A DNA stretch of 64,000 nucleotides from Tubulanus polymorphus (Eukaryota > Animalia > Nemertea). The position numbers and the translations under genes were made by a program. Below the pieces are notes generated by a model. That model saw only the letters and a program-made list of their open reading frames with translations, did no database searches and was not told the origin of the DNA. The stretch spans positions 13,300,451-13,364,450 of the forward strand of contig NC_134035.1 in NCBI RefSeq assembly GCF_964204645.1, in the 5' to 3' direction. This document shows positions 1 to 12,400 of this stretch, in pieces; the stretch's first letter is position 1; each line of letters begins with the position of its first letter.

Positions 1-721
1 GAGAATTGCGCAGGATTTCAAAACTGAAATCAAACGTACGAAATTATGAATGATATTTCAAGTCGAGATTAATAAGATCTGTGAGATTATCGAAAAATCT
101 CAAGAATGGATTAAGCCGATGTGATATACGTCGCGACAGGATTAAAACCACGCAATAATAAAACTACCGCATATATAGCGCGCACTGTAATCAATAATAC
201 TAGACCGGAACACTTTTAACTGTCACGTTAAGAACACTCACTGGCGACGAATAGACCCTCAGATCACTACAGGATATTAATCATTTCACCGTTAAGCAAA
301 TTAAACATGTATTACTAAGAGTATACAGAATTCGCTGAGTTCTCGATCAGTGCATTCTATAGTTATATTGCAATAGACTGAAATATTGTCAAGTATTTCG
401 TCTAATTTATATCAATTGTTCATTAAATTAAAAGTCAAATGGTCCGTTAAGGGCTGGTGCCACTTTGAGGAGCGTATTCAAATATCCAAGTATATTACAA
501 GAAAATCTTACTCAAATACCATTACCAGGGGGTAGGGGGTAGGGGCGGTTTAAACATCATAGCGTCGGCCCCCCTGCCTTTCTGGTGGATTAAGAAGCAA
601 TATAAAGATCACGGGGGCCGATCATAGACAACTGCGCGAAATTATGTTGTAAAACGGCTCTTAATTAATAATATCAGGACAGATAATTCCACAGTTGACG
701 AATAGTTTTGTTAGAAAACAA

Positions 722-787
722 CTATTCCTGGAGATGATTATTAGGACGTAGTCGAAATGTCGAAATAACTATACAAGCTTGAGGAAA
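722..787 (+). repeat. Degenerate solo copy of the hammerhead-bearing element
   Basis: tattcctggagatgattattaggacgtagtcgaaatgtcgaaataactatacaagcttgagg; core mutated (CTGGAGA). Confidence 0.6.
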
Positions 788-838
788 GGTTCAATTTTGT
801 TGAGGTTTTGAGGGAAGGCCGTATAAGGTCAAGGTCTG

Positions 839-1005
839 CCTGGATCCAGAACTGTGGAACTGGGTCCAGAACTGTGGAAGTGGGTTGTTTACTGTGGAAC
901 TGTATTCAGAACTGCGGAACTGGATCCAGAACTGTGGAACTGTGTCCAGAACTGTGAAACTAAATCCAGACTTTGTGGTACTGGGTTCAACTGTGCCCAG
1001 ATGGA
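839..1005. repeat. 20-bp minisatellite (gaactgtggaactggatcca)n
   Basis: Visible tandem units; same family at 13320-13465, 29030-29345, 37248-37525. Confidence 0.85.
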
Positions 1006-2542
1006 ACATTACAAATTGTCCTTGAACGAACTTTCGTTACATAAATTCTTACAGTACATAATTTATAATTTGAATAGTCAAATGTTGGCAGCGATCGTAG
1101 TAATCTATTATCACAATTACAAGTCGTTATTATCGGCGCTTTTATCTGATATCAAACAAAGCCGAACTATATCGTGTACTTAAGTCGACAGTTTGAGAAT
1201 GTTTATTTCAGCATTTTCAATCGACGAATTTAAATCACCGAAAACTACTTAGAATCGAATCGAATTTATACAATTGAACACCACGCATTTATCAAAACCT
1301 TATCTATATAAAATCTTTGAAAGTTATGTCTCTCTTTTTCTAGCCTACGATCTTTATTCATATGATAATTATTTGACGTTTTCTCGCGGTCTCGTTTGTC
1401 ATTGAATTTGTTTTACCCAACTGTTCTATCTATTTTTGCAGAAATCCTTACAATGTGGGAAACTTGATAATCGGTTCAAAGAAGTAGAATAGAACCCCCC
1501 CCCCCCCCCCATAGACTCAGACATAGAGAACATAGAGATGTTGCTCCCCATTGATCGGACAGACAGTGACTGTCTGATATCAATACAGTTAAAACCTAAA
1601 ATATCACGTAAGAAAAAAAAAGAAAAATATTGTGGGTTTTCACTTCATTGTAAATTTAATAATATAATTTCAGATAAAAGATTCAAAAACGAAATTTATT
1701 GCTCAATAATTCGACTAAAACGACGTTTCACCTGACGATCGTCCCCAAATAAAGATCGTAGCGTAGTGGTTTTTCAATTTTTGATTTAAATGAATTAATT
1801 TCGTTTTTAATTATTTGAATTCGTATATATTGGGATTTGATGTTAATATCCTAACAAATCATGAACATGTAACTAACCTTTTGACTCCGTCAACGGCGTG
1901 GAAATCGTAGACTTATCCTGCGGTTTATCTGAATTATGTGACTCTGACATTTGGTTTTAATACCCGCTGCAACTGCTGCTGAAGGTGTAGTGTTCATATG
2001 CGGCGCTTGGTGGCGCTTCACGTCGAATCACGTGGGCGTATGATGGAGATGACGATTAAAATGAAACATTTCACAAACACCTGACGACGTCACGAATTCA
2101 TATTTCAGTCGTGACCGAAAAATGATACGACGTTTGCAGAATTAGATACACGACAATTAATTTTGAATAATTTCGGATCATAATAACGATATATATATGT
2201 ACATGTACATGTAGTCATCTTTCGTAACCGAGTCGTAGTTTTCGACTCTTTTCTCACGATAAACTCTGCTTTGATTTTTGTGTTTTGATAAATGACCTAC
2301 ATATATGCCTAAATGTATCGTATAACAAAATGATATCTAACGAATTGTATTAAATTCATGCATTATATCAACGACAAAATCTATACGCTTACGAGTAAAT
2401 CAAAATATAACCATATATAACTTTAAATGTTTTAAGTTTATAGCTGATTTGGTGCTGTATATTTCCCTTAGTTTGTATCACATATTTCTTAATCGTGTCT
2501 GCATTGTTCTGGATTGTATCTCATAACTTTGTAATAACTTGA

Positions 2543-2616
2543 TTATTCCTGAAGATGACAGGATTAAGTCGAACTTTCGAATAAACTACACTAGCTCAAG
2601 GGGACATTTTCAAACT
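2543..2616 (+). repeat. Degenerate solo copy of the hammerhead-bearing element
   Basis: ttattcctgaagatgacaggattaagtcgaactttcgaataaactacactagctcaaggggacattttca matches the 69-bp unit and the array's 3' tail. Confidence 0.7.
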
Positions 2617-3545
2617 ATTTTTTTTCACTCTTAAAGTGCCGGGATTCTATGTAACGCTTAACTATTCTCTAAGATAAACAAAAAAATAATTTAGTGGATA
2701 TTTTTTGTAATTGATCGCTCCACCACGGAACGCGATGATTAATTGCTGTTATCAAAAGAAGTTCATGAACCTCTAAAAATACACACGCGAAAAATACGAA
2801 CGAGTCTTTTTGAACTTTTCACGACTTCACGAATCGTTGCGCGGTGACTTTCGTCTCTATTCGACGCACGGCGTGGTTTTTCTCTCGATTGAAGTTTTAA
2901 AATGATTGAAGCGGCGCCGCTCACGTGACTGAAGAGTAGATAGATCATTAGCCGAACTTCCGTTCAGATCACACCCGATCTAAATGATATCTTCAATCAT
3001 CACATCACACGCTACTGCTGCTAAATATCACCTTAAAAAATTACACCGAATCTTTGTAAATTACTCCCTCTCGATTGAGAGAGGAGATATAGATAGAGAG
3101 GAGAGAGAGAGAGAGAGTCAGTCTCTTCTTTCTCCGCGTCGATATGATTAGATAGTTTCCTCTCAATTCAAGTGCCACCGGAAACTACGTATTCCAAACC
3201 CTGGGGAAAGAGATATATCAATGTTGGCGGCAGTTCAGACTCAAAAGTTGGTTGACAACTCGGAGATTGTGACGATAATCAAAACTCTATTATCAATATG
3301 GTATTTCACTCGGCGGATCATACAACTTTTGGACCCGGTTCCATATTCTTGTTGACGTTCGATTCTAAAGCCCCGGTTTCGTTCCCGGCAGGCGTGATGG
3401 GTTTGTAGTGGACGCACCAAAAATGGGCATTGTATCTATAGCAGCAGGTCATGCAATGAGTTCTCATATAGCGAATCTTTGTACCCAATCACCGCCAGCA
3501 GGTGTAATGGATTTGTGGTGTGGTGGGCAAAACATCAAGTCATTA

Positions 3546-3760
3546 GGCTAAAATGATACCTAGTTTCTCTGCTCTGCTGATCTTAAAAGTTGACCCGGCC
3601 GGCCGCCTATCTACCCTATACATTACTTTTTTTTAAATCGTGATCAATTTCACCATAACAGACCCGGCCGCTATAGAAATGAACTGTTTATAAATTTTAT
3701 CGTATTTAACAAAAATGACCCGACCGCTGCGGAAAAACAAGGTGTCATTTTTGTTAAGCC
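3546..3760. mobile_element. MITE family B (~220 bp, GGCT...AGCC termini, PIF/Harbinger-like)
   Basis: Terminal inverted repeats ggctaaaa(a)tgatacc / ggt(a/g)tcatttttgtt(t/a)agcc; near-identical copies at 20393-20613 and 53431-53650 with TTA target duplication; degenerate copies near 23575 and 50370-50562. Confidence 0.8.
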
Positions 3761-4637
3761 TTTATCAATTTAATCAAATCAAAACGCCACAAATAAACAT
3801 TGAAATTTGGTTAAAAATTCAACTCAAATCAAATAAAAATGGCTCAATCATTTCTATTTCCATATAGAAAAACTGTTACAATTTATTGTAACATTTTTAA
3901 GTACTAAGCATGATAAATAATACACAAGCATATCCTTACAGAAGACCATTTCCAGTCCAGGGATCAAACTGTTAGAAACACGTCGCGTGAAAGCGATTCT
4001 TTTATTTGTGGAACGTTTAAAGAAATAATAGCTATATCTATTCGACTATTCAACTTCTTGTAGCGACGTGTTTTTTAACTTCTGCTGAAAAAAGGGTCCG
4101 TATGCACACAAAAAAACACAAAAAGGTCTCTATCTAAATCTATGAATTATTTGTGTATGAAAGAGCTCTGAATAAAGTTCATATATTCCTTACATTCACA
4201 ACATGTGACTGATTCTATTATAGGACAACCTGTAGAAATTGAATTCACTTTATAAAAAAAACCAGAGATATATTTTCTTATTATATCTATGCGAAGAGTC
4301 GTGTTAACGTGGTATCTCGACAAGAAAACAGGTAGTTATTGTGTAGATTTAACTGATTTTGAGATTACCAGCTACGAGCTTTCGCTAGTAATGCTGCTAC
4401 AGCTCCATCGGGTATATGAGTTGAAATCAATGTTAATGCAATAGTATAAACCTACAGGACACTAATTAGAAAATAGCGTCATTCTCCTTATGAATCTCTA
4501 CTGTTTATAATCGAGTCATAACTATATCGAAATTCATTACTGAATATTTGAAATCGTTATGAGTATTTTCATTGTAATACCAATATACCAATTTTTCTGA
4601 TGATGAAGCTGCTCTATGCTCTAAGTAGCGAAAGCTA

Positions 4638-4775
4638 GCCCAGTTGCACAGTCGTGACTTAAGTCCGAAAGTGGTCTTAAATCTTAAGACTGGTCTTAAG
4701 TTGTTAGATTGGCTATAGAACTTAGTTGGTCTTAGACTGGTCTTAAGTCTGAGCCACGACTATGCAACCGACCCC
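4638..4775. mobile_element. MITE family A (~138-bp imperfect palindrome)
   Basis: gcccagttgcacagtcgtgacttaag...cacgactatgcaaccgacccc; same family at 23175, 25049, 27590, 47843. Confidence 0.8.
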
Positions 4776-5395
4776 TGCTGGTGATTAAAATCAGTTAACC
4801 TACACAAAGTGCTACCTCTGTTTTCTAGTTTAATTCATTATGTCTATGAATAACGGCTATCTGTGAGACAGGGATTACCAACAGTGACCAGTATCGTCAG
4901 GGATAACCGTTTATTGACTCGCAGAGAAAAATTGTGACTGAAGAATTGATCACCGGAGGACTTAAATTTTCAACCGAGGGACTGCGTATGGTGAATGAAG
5001 GCTACACCCTGAAATCGAGCCGATGCTAAAAATAGGATTTTTCGCGTGGAACATAACGAACTCTAAAGACTAACCCGAGTTTATCTAGACGCCGTGTGAT
5101 TTGCCTTTTTGGATTGGAAGATGCTGAAAGTTATCGTTAATTGAGAAAATGAACTAATTTTGATTGAGTCTGTCTGATATCTAAGTGGCGACATCTGTCG
5201 GGATAGTTGATGTGCCGGTACACCATTTTCCCACTGGGTGCTAGGAATTTTTTATGGGCGTTTTTATACTTTGGGTTCACCAAGAACCTTAGTGTCTGTT
5301 TTACCACAGATTGTTTACACTAGGAACGTAGATCACTGCGGAGACAACCACCACCAGGACTGGATGAAACTTTGGGAACATACTATAATTTATTC

Positions 5396-5962
5396 ATGAT
5401 GGCCGATAGCGAATCGTCACCGCGAACTAAACGCGTCATCAAACGGAATACAACCTGTAATTCTATGCCCAGCAGACATTGTCAGTTCATTCCCGACGAA
5501 GTGTCCAATAACTCGTCGAATTATTATTCTGCTCGTAAGAATTTCTTGTTGAATTTCATGGACGACGACGAATGGCGTAAATCTGACGACACTCAGTTCT
5601 ACGTGTTACCGTCGGCGAGGATTTCAGCGCGGCGTCGAGTCTGGACGTCGCCGACACCTGTCCGTCAGTCGGCAGAGTTAGTACGTCAACTTAGTGACGA
5701 TACTGGAGATCACCAGACACCGGCATCATCATCACCGACATCACCTCCTCCATCTCGTCACAAATCAACCGTATCCACCCATCAGGATGCGACAACAATC
5801 GCGGCAGCGGCGGCGAAACCGTTAGAATTTAACAATTCGAAATTTATCTATAAACTCGATGACGCCGATCAGATCGTTAGAAATGGCGCTCATATCGATA
5901 AAACAGTCGAACATCAACTTTATCTCAAACTCAAAATGGATATCGATAAACATACCGAATGA
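5396..5962 (+). CDS. Hypothetical Ser/Pro/Thr-rich protein (orphan ORF, ~188 aa from ATG 5396; may be the last exon of a larger gene)
   Basis: Long ORF with the GC/CpG-richer composition of the other exons in this window; AATAAA near 6137; no recognisable domain. Confidence 0.45.
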   Translation: MMADSESSPRTKRVIKRNTTCNSMPSRHCQFIPDEVSNNSSNYYSARKNFLLNFMDDDEWRKSDDTQFYVLPSARISARRRVWTSPTPVRQSAELVRQLSDDTGDHQTPASSSPTSPPPSRHKSTVSTHQDATTIAAAAAKPLEFNNSKFIYKLDDADQIVRNGAHIDKTVEHQLYLKLKMDIDKHTE

Positions 5963-8900
5963 AGAAATAATCCATCAATTCATATTAATCTCTTCTGATT
6001 AAAGGGGATTATATATTAATCCGATAATCCGTTAATCCGCATTAATCTCAATCTCAGTATATGTAAGATTTTTATCTTACATATTACATCTGACAGGTGT
6101 CCATCCGTCCGTCCGTATGTTATTATTGGACGTCGAAATAAACTCTACCCTGAAAATCAAATATCTAGTTGTTGTTTTTTTCTCGTTTTTCTCCTGTCGT
6201 TCATTTTGTTTTAATCTAAATCCTCCCCTTGACTCGGAGTTGAACCAATGATTATTGGTTCCACCTCAGTTATTTCAACTCACTACTGCGGTACAGGGGC
6301 CTCGAACACAATTCCAAGTGTTCAAATGTAGAATTATTCTGACTCTAAAAAGAGCCAAACTTCTAGAAATAGGCGTCGGTTCGAATCCCACCACTGCCAT
6401 GTTACTCTTACCCCAATCAGTCACTTGCCGAATTTCCCAATTATGTAGGCCTACCTCGAAAAATCCGTAAATTCGACCGCCGATCACACAACTATAAATG
6501 TATACTTCGATTTGCGATTCCAAAGTCGAACCCCCTGTTTTGCCCACGGCAGGTGTGGTGGATTTGTAAGTTCGCCAAATCACACGAAATGGACCAATAA
6601 AAAAAAATAACAAGATTAAAACCATTGACAATGAACTGATCGATGTATTTGATTAATTTGCAATTGAAGTTTATTCTGGATTGTTGCGATGAATGCAGAT
6701 GGATGCATAGACTTTGTGAATATAGAAATAGACTATACCTCGATTGTTTCACGCTGTTCCGGCGAGTGCAACATTTTTAATTAATGTTATCTGAAGGAGG
6801 TAAACTATACCTATCGACCTTCCAGGCAAGCGTTTAAGCAGTTCGTACTGTCAGCGAATTCTAGGGCTTTATACGCACATCTCTACTGAATGGATGAACA
6901 GGCAAAGAGCTTTTGTTTGAGTTTGTTTGCGATGCGAATTTTCCGTTCTGAAAAACAGCATTATCAGTACCAGAAAAAAATGTGAGTATGGGTAAATGGT
7001 TCATTCGAGTTACTGAAATTGAGTAGGTCGTCAATAATAACTAATAATAATTCTACTGAATTAGAATCATTGGGAATGAAATAACTAATCATTTTTTACC
7101 ATATTATTAAAGCCATTGGGAATGAGAATATCATCATTGAGAGCGAGAAAGTCGTCATTAGTTACTTTTTTAATTACACTCTCAACCCGCTAAGCGCCAC
7201 GCAGGGCATTATAAGCGAGTTCGGTGTTTCTTTTTCCCAGGGGGTGAGACCTTCGACCAAAAGACTCTGTCGCCACCAGGGTTTGAATTCGGCCACTGCG
7301 CCTCTCAAATTAGTAACTAATCATAATTTTACTGAATCGGCACAAAGTCAGTGAAAATAAGAAGGTGGTTATTGAACTTAATTCGTATGATTTACATGTA
7401 AACTGGCACAAACTCATAACACCTCACTCAATGTTCATACTCACAACTATGTTTACTTCGAATTATAAATTACTGAATGTTTGATTGTTTGCTGGTAGCA
7501 GCTAGCAAACTCTATGTCAAAAGTTGGTCATAAAAGAAGCTATCTGGTCCGAGAGATCGCAATAGAAAACACCGACTGCAAAGACATCGAACTTCAATGA
7601 TTTATATCTGAAATATAGTTTTGAGAAAGGTACAAGTACAAGACAGTTTACGTAAGAAACAGGAATTGTACGGAACGGCTGTTTTACAAGAATAGTTGAT
7701 TTTGAAGTGTTTGATTTGGCCACTACGGTCGAGTTCAGCTGAATGAAGAAATTACAAGTTAATCCTTGTCGACAAATATCACTGTATATGTTTAATATTT
7801 GTACAAACTTCAACTGTTACTGTGTGTAAAATGTCAAGGGTCTATGTGTTCTCTTATCAATATCAATGAATAGAAGGATTAATTATCAAAACCTCTACAC
7901 TACTAATGAAGTGGTTTGCTAGTTTCTACCTCCCGCCTGCGATAGTTAATCGAATTTCTGTTAATATATAACTCGACTTGACCAATAGAACGTCATTCGA
8001 GAACGATCTTTGACCCGGGTCAAAAACAGTCGTCGAGCCATTCCCGCGTGAATAACTGACTAATTAGGATCACAGTAAGACGCTACTGTTACCTGAACTA
8101 ATAAAGGCTCTTTAATTCGTAGATTCCTTAGTTCGCCGTACCCTGTCGACGAAGACGGACCCTCGAACAATTCAAGGTAACATCGTAATAAAAATCTAAC
8201 TATCTTTAGCATCAATGTCATCAGTTTTATGTAACAAAATTTCACGGATTTTTATTTGTTTTTAATATCTTACTTCGAATTTGTTTCAATAATTTCAAAG
8301 AAATAAAAACGCGGAATGAAATATCATTAAAAGCTAGAGATTGGTACATTTAGATTAGTGGGCAACATTAAAGATGCAAGGAAGAACTAGATTGGTCGTA
8401 ATATAGAACTAAATAATGATTTTTTTTCTTAAAATCCATTTATCACGTGTATAAAAAACAAAATTTAGGAATTTTATTTTCCTTTGAAAATTTTCTCGAA
8501 GCTTTCTTATCAGAGGAAATTAATTCGTCGGTTACATGAAAGGTCTAATTTACTGTATTTTGTATTATGCTTTGTACACTATGCTGTAAATTATATTTGA
8601 AAAATAAAGTGTTCAAATCAAATCAAATCAAAAATTATAACGTGCATCTTCTCGAAATAATCAATTTTCTATTTATGATTAAGATAGATTAATTCTGAAC
8701 AAGAAACTAATGATTTTGATAAACAGATAATCATAAATGCATATGTACATTTCATAAGATAGATTTAGTCAGAACCAGAAGTTAATGATTGTGACGAATG
8801 GACAATTTCCTTACCAGGGTCAAATGATACTTTCACAAAGTTGATTTCAATCAATTACAATATTATCGTTGAGTTCATCGAAAATGAGAAGCTCGTCAAA

Positions 8901-9410
8901 AGCAACTCTGATGTAATCATAATTTTGCTTTGTGCAACTGAACCCGGTTCCATTGTTGCCGGTTTAGTTCGATTCATCGGAGTTAAAATCAGTTTATTTA
9001 CAACTATTCAACTCTTAATCAAATATCAATTCACAACTTTGCAACTGGGCATGGGCCCAGGAGCGTGGTGCATAGTCATGAGCTTAGATTTCAGACCAGT
9101 CTTAGACCATTTTATTTCCACAGCCAATCTAACAACTTAAGATCAGTCTTGAGACTCAAGGCACTTTTTGGATTTAGATTCAAGTCTCGAATATTCTTCC
9201 AATCCCAGGTTTTGTCCAGATTTAAACTTGTAAGTCATTATTAAACTGCACTTCACTATCAATGAATATAATCAGACATTTATGTAGATAACAGTCATGT
9301 ATTTATGCATTTAAATCCGTATTTCACAAAACGTTCTTTTGTAATTAAAAGTATGCACGACTTTGTACATTATCGATCGTCTCTTTACAGTCCCCGCAAA
9401 CCGTGAAGAC

Positions 9411-12400
9411 ATGTATAAGCTGACGGCTTTATTGCGGAACGGACCGCGACCTGTCCGGCGTATTGTCTCCGGTCGTTGTTTCGGAACGATGACGTCACCG
9501 CTCGACGAACAGTTGAAACAATCGTCGCAAACGAACGAAACAGAAGTAAAACCTCAATTAAACCTGATTTATAAAACGCTACCTTACACCAACGACCTGC
9601 GTAGCATAATCGACACCACCCAACACAATATATACTTACATAATATTCTAAAAGGAATGAAAGTTTTGTTCCTATGCAACCATTACAATACTCTTACGCA
9701 ACGCGTCGAAACGGAACTGAAAGAATACGACGTTACGGTGACGTCACAAGCGGTACGCGGTAAAAAGGATATCCTGAAAGCGGTTTCGGAAATCGAACAC
9801 GATATAATCGTCTGCCCGTTCCTAACGCGACGAATTCCCGAGGAGGTTTGGGCGAACGATCAGAAACCGTGTTTGATCGTACATCCGGGTATTACCGGCG
9901 ATCGAGGCGCCTCGTCGATCGACTGGGCGTTGAAGATGCAAGCGGCCGAATGGGGCGTTACGGTGATGCAAGCAGCCGAAGAGATGGACGCCGGTGATAT
10001 CTGGGCGAGTAAAACATTCCCTATACACCAGGTTACCACCACCAAAACAGAACTGTACGTCGGTGACGTCACAGACTCGGCCGTCGAGACGGTCCTGCTG
10101 GCTCTAGTGCGCTTCAAACTCGGGATAGAACCGATACCGCTGGATTACGATAATCCGCAGGTGAAAGGGACGCTGATGCCGCTTATGAAAGATAAAGATC
10201 GAATGATCGATTGGAATTCGTCGGCGTTCGATGTAGCGGAGACGATTCGTATGGCTGATACTCAACCTGGAGGAATCGGTACATTACAGGTAAGCCCGAG
10301 ATACAAGCCGCTTACTGTGGCTAGTGAGGATCCGCAAGGTGTCGCACTAGTCGTTACTACCATGTGTGCTTCAGTTTCTTCTACATTGCAATTAAAATGT
10401 GGGGATCCACCAGGTGTCACCAGTGAACACACCAGATGGCGCAACTAACAGTCGGTTTAACGTTCTTTAAGCTACGTACGCGTACATCGTTTGACATAAC
10501 TGAGAGTTGGTGGGTTCGAACCCCAGTTAACCTGCTCTATTTGGTCAAGTCGATAAATGGTACCAGAATATTGGTATGAATGTATATATGTAAATTTTTT
10601 ACACTAGGGTGATGACAGACCGTTGAGATTTTTCGGCGCGAAATACACGGAAAATTTGATGTTTAACGGGAAACATATCCGTAATTTTATGCTGGACGCG
10701 AGACCTGGCGACGTTCTGGGGCACAAAGACGAGGCGATACTCGTGAAATGTGGAGATAACAACGGCGTCTGGATTTCACATCTTAAAGTGAGTATTTTGA
10801 GGTTCGAATCCCGATTTACACGTCTTGAGTTGCAGATTTAAAGTTGTTAAAAATGATTTGCAAAGTGACATTGTTACTGAGCATGCGAAAGGATGTAAGG
10901 TCTCAAAAGTGGGTTGTTTTTTGGATCTGGTCCGATGCCAGGGCCCGATAATGACAAGTCAAAAACAGCGCAATATCATCCAAAAAGATTTGTCAAGATT
11001 TTGAAAATATTCTAGATATGTTTTTATCAGGATTTTATCATAAATCACCGTATTTTCTAAGAGATAAGCGCATTTATGGTGAATCTATTTTTTATTCTTA
11101 TTTTCCGCAGTGTCCATCGTCTGATAAACCGTTAAAACTACCGGCAACATCGGTATTCAAAGGAACCGACACTTTACACGACTTGTCGTTCTTATCTTCC
11201 TATCGTGAAATCTGGGTCGACGAAATCGATAACGTAGCTTACGTCAATTTCGATTTTTACAACGGAGCGATGAGCGTTACGCAATGCCGTAAACTAAAAT
11301 CCGTTCTCGATAGACTTTCGTTTCGACCGGATATCACGTGCGTTGTACTGAAAGGCGGATTCAGGTTCTTCTCAACAGGTTGGTGATTTTATTCGTATCA
11401 CAGTGTCTTATTCCGTTGTAATGGAATCACGCGCTGTAGTTGCTCAGAATTCGGTAGATTTAAATGTGGGATCAATAGGTAGAATGATTGTAATGGCATT
11501 CTAACCATGCTGTTGGTTTTTAGCAGTTTAAACCTACCAACTTTTGAGCAGCGGTAGTTTTAGTCCAAAGGGCTTCACAATTTTCTACAAGTTATTTCAA
11601 AATAACCAGTGGAGAACTGAAAATTGACTTCTTAAACTTGCAACTATTTCCATTATCCACTGAACCACTTTTGAACAAATAGTAATTGGGTTTAAGTTAA
11701 AACTATTCAAAACCTGGACCAATTGCTAAGGCAAGGTTTGGAGTCTATTTTGGTTCAATAACCGGCCTAACGAGTTAAAGCGAGTAAAGTTCATGACAGC
11801 GAATCTGTTTATTTAGAAAAATCATGTTTATATTTTCTCTATTTCCTTGTAGGAATTCATTTGAATGTAATCGAAGGAAGCGATGACCCGGAACGCGAAT
11901 CTTATGACAACATCGTTGCAATCGATGACGTCATCAGAACGGTGTTCTCAATGAAACATAAGACGACCGTGTCGTGTTTGATTGGTAACGCCGGAGCCGG
12001 TGGGGCGATGATGGCCGCCGCTACCGATTTCGTTTTTGCTCATAAGGTACGAGTCTTCCTAAGAGGGTTATATGTGCCCCTAGCCCGGGTTCAAACTCTC
12101 TCGGTTAAGATTTGAGTCTTCTATTCAAAACGTTGACTAATTTAACCAAGTATGTTGACCAAGTTGTATAACCTGGTTATACCTGTTATCCTCGACCTAG
12201 TTATTCGTGACCTAGTTATTTACGACCTAATTATACGTGACCTCGTTGTCTATAACCTAATTATTTATTCATTGCATCGATAGCAAACTCCATGAATGAA
12301 TGATTTATTTACTTGTACAAGATTATAAACAATCAATTCTTTGGATATAATTTCATAGATAAATAGGTACATGTATAAGAAGGACAACCCCAAGCCCTAG

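Noticed and set aside
6372-6400. tRNA gene (ggttcgaatcccaccactgcca resembles a tRNA-Leu 3' half)
   Set aside because: No matching 5' half or cloverleaf found; at most a tRNA/SINE fragment, like similar B-box remnants near 10512 and 39325.
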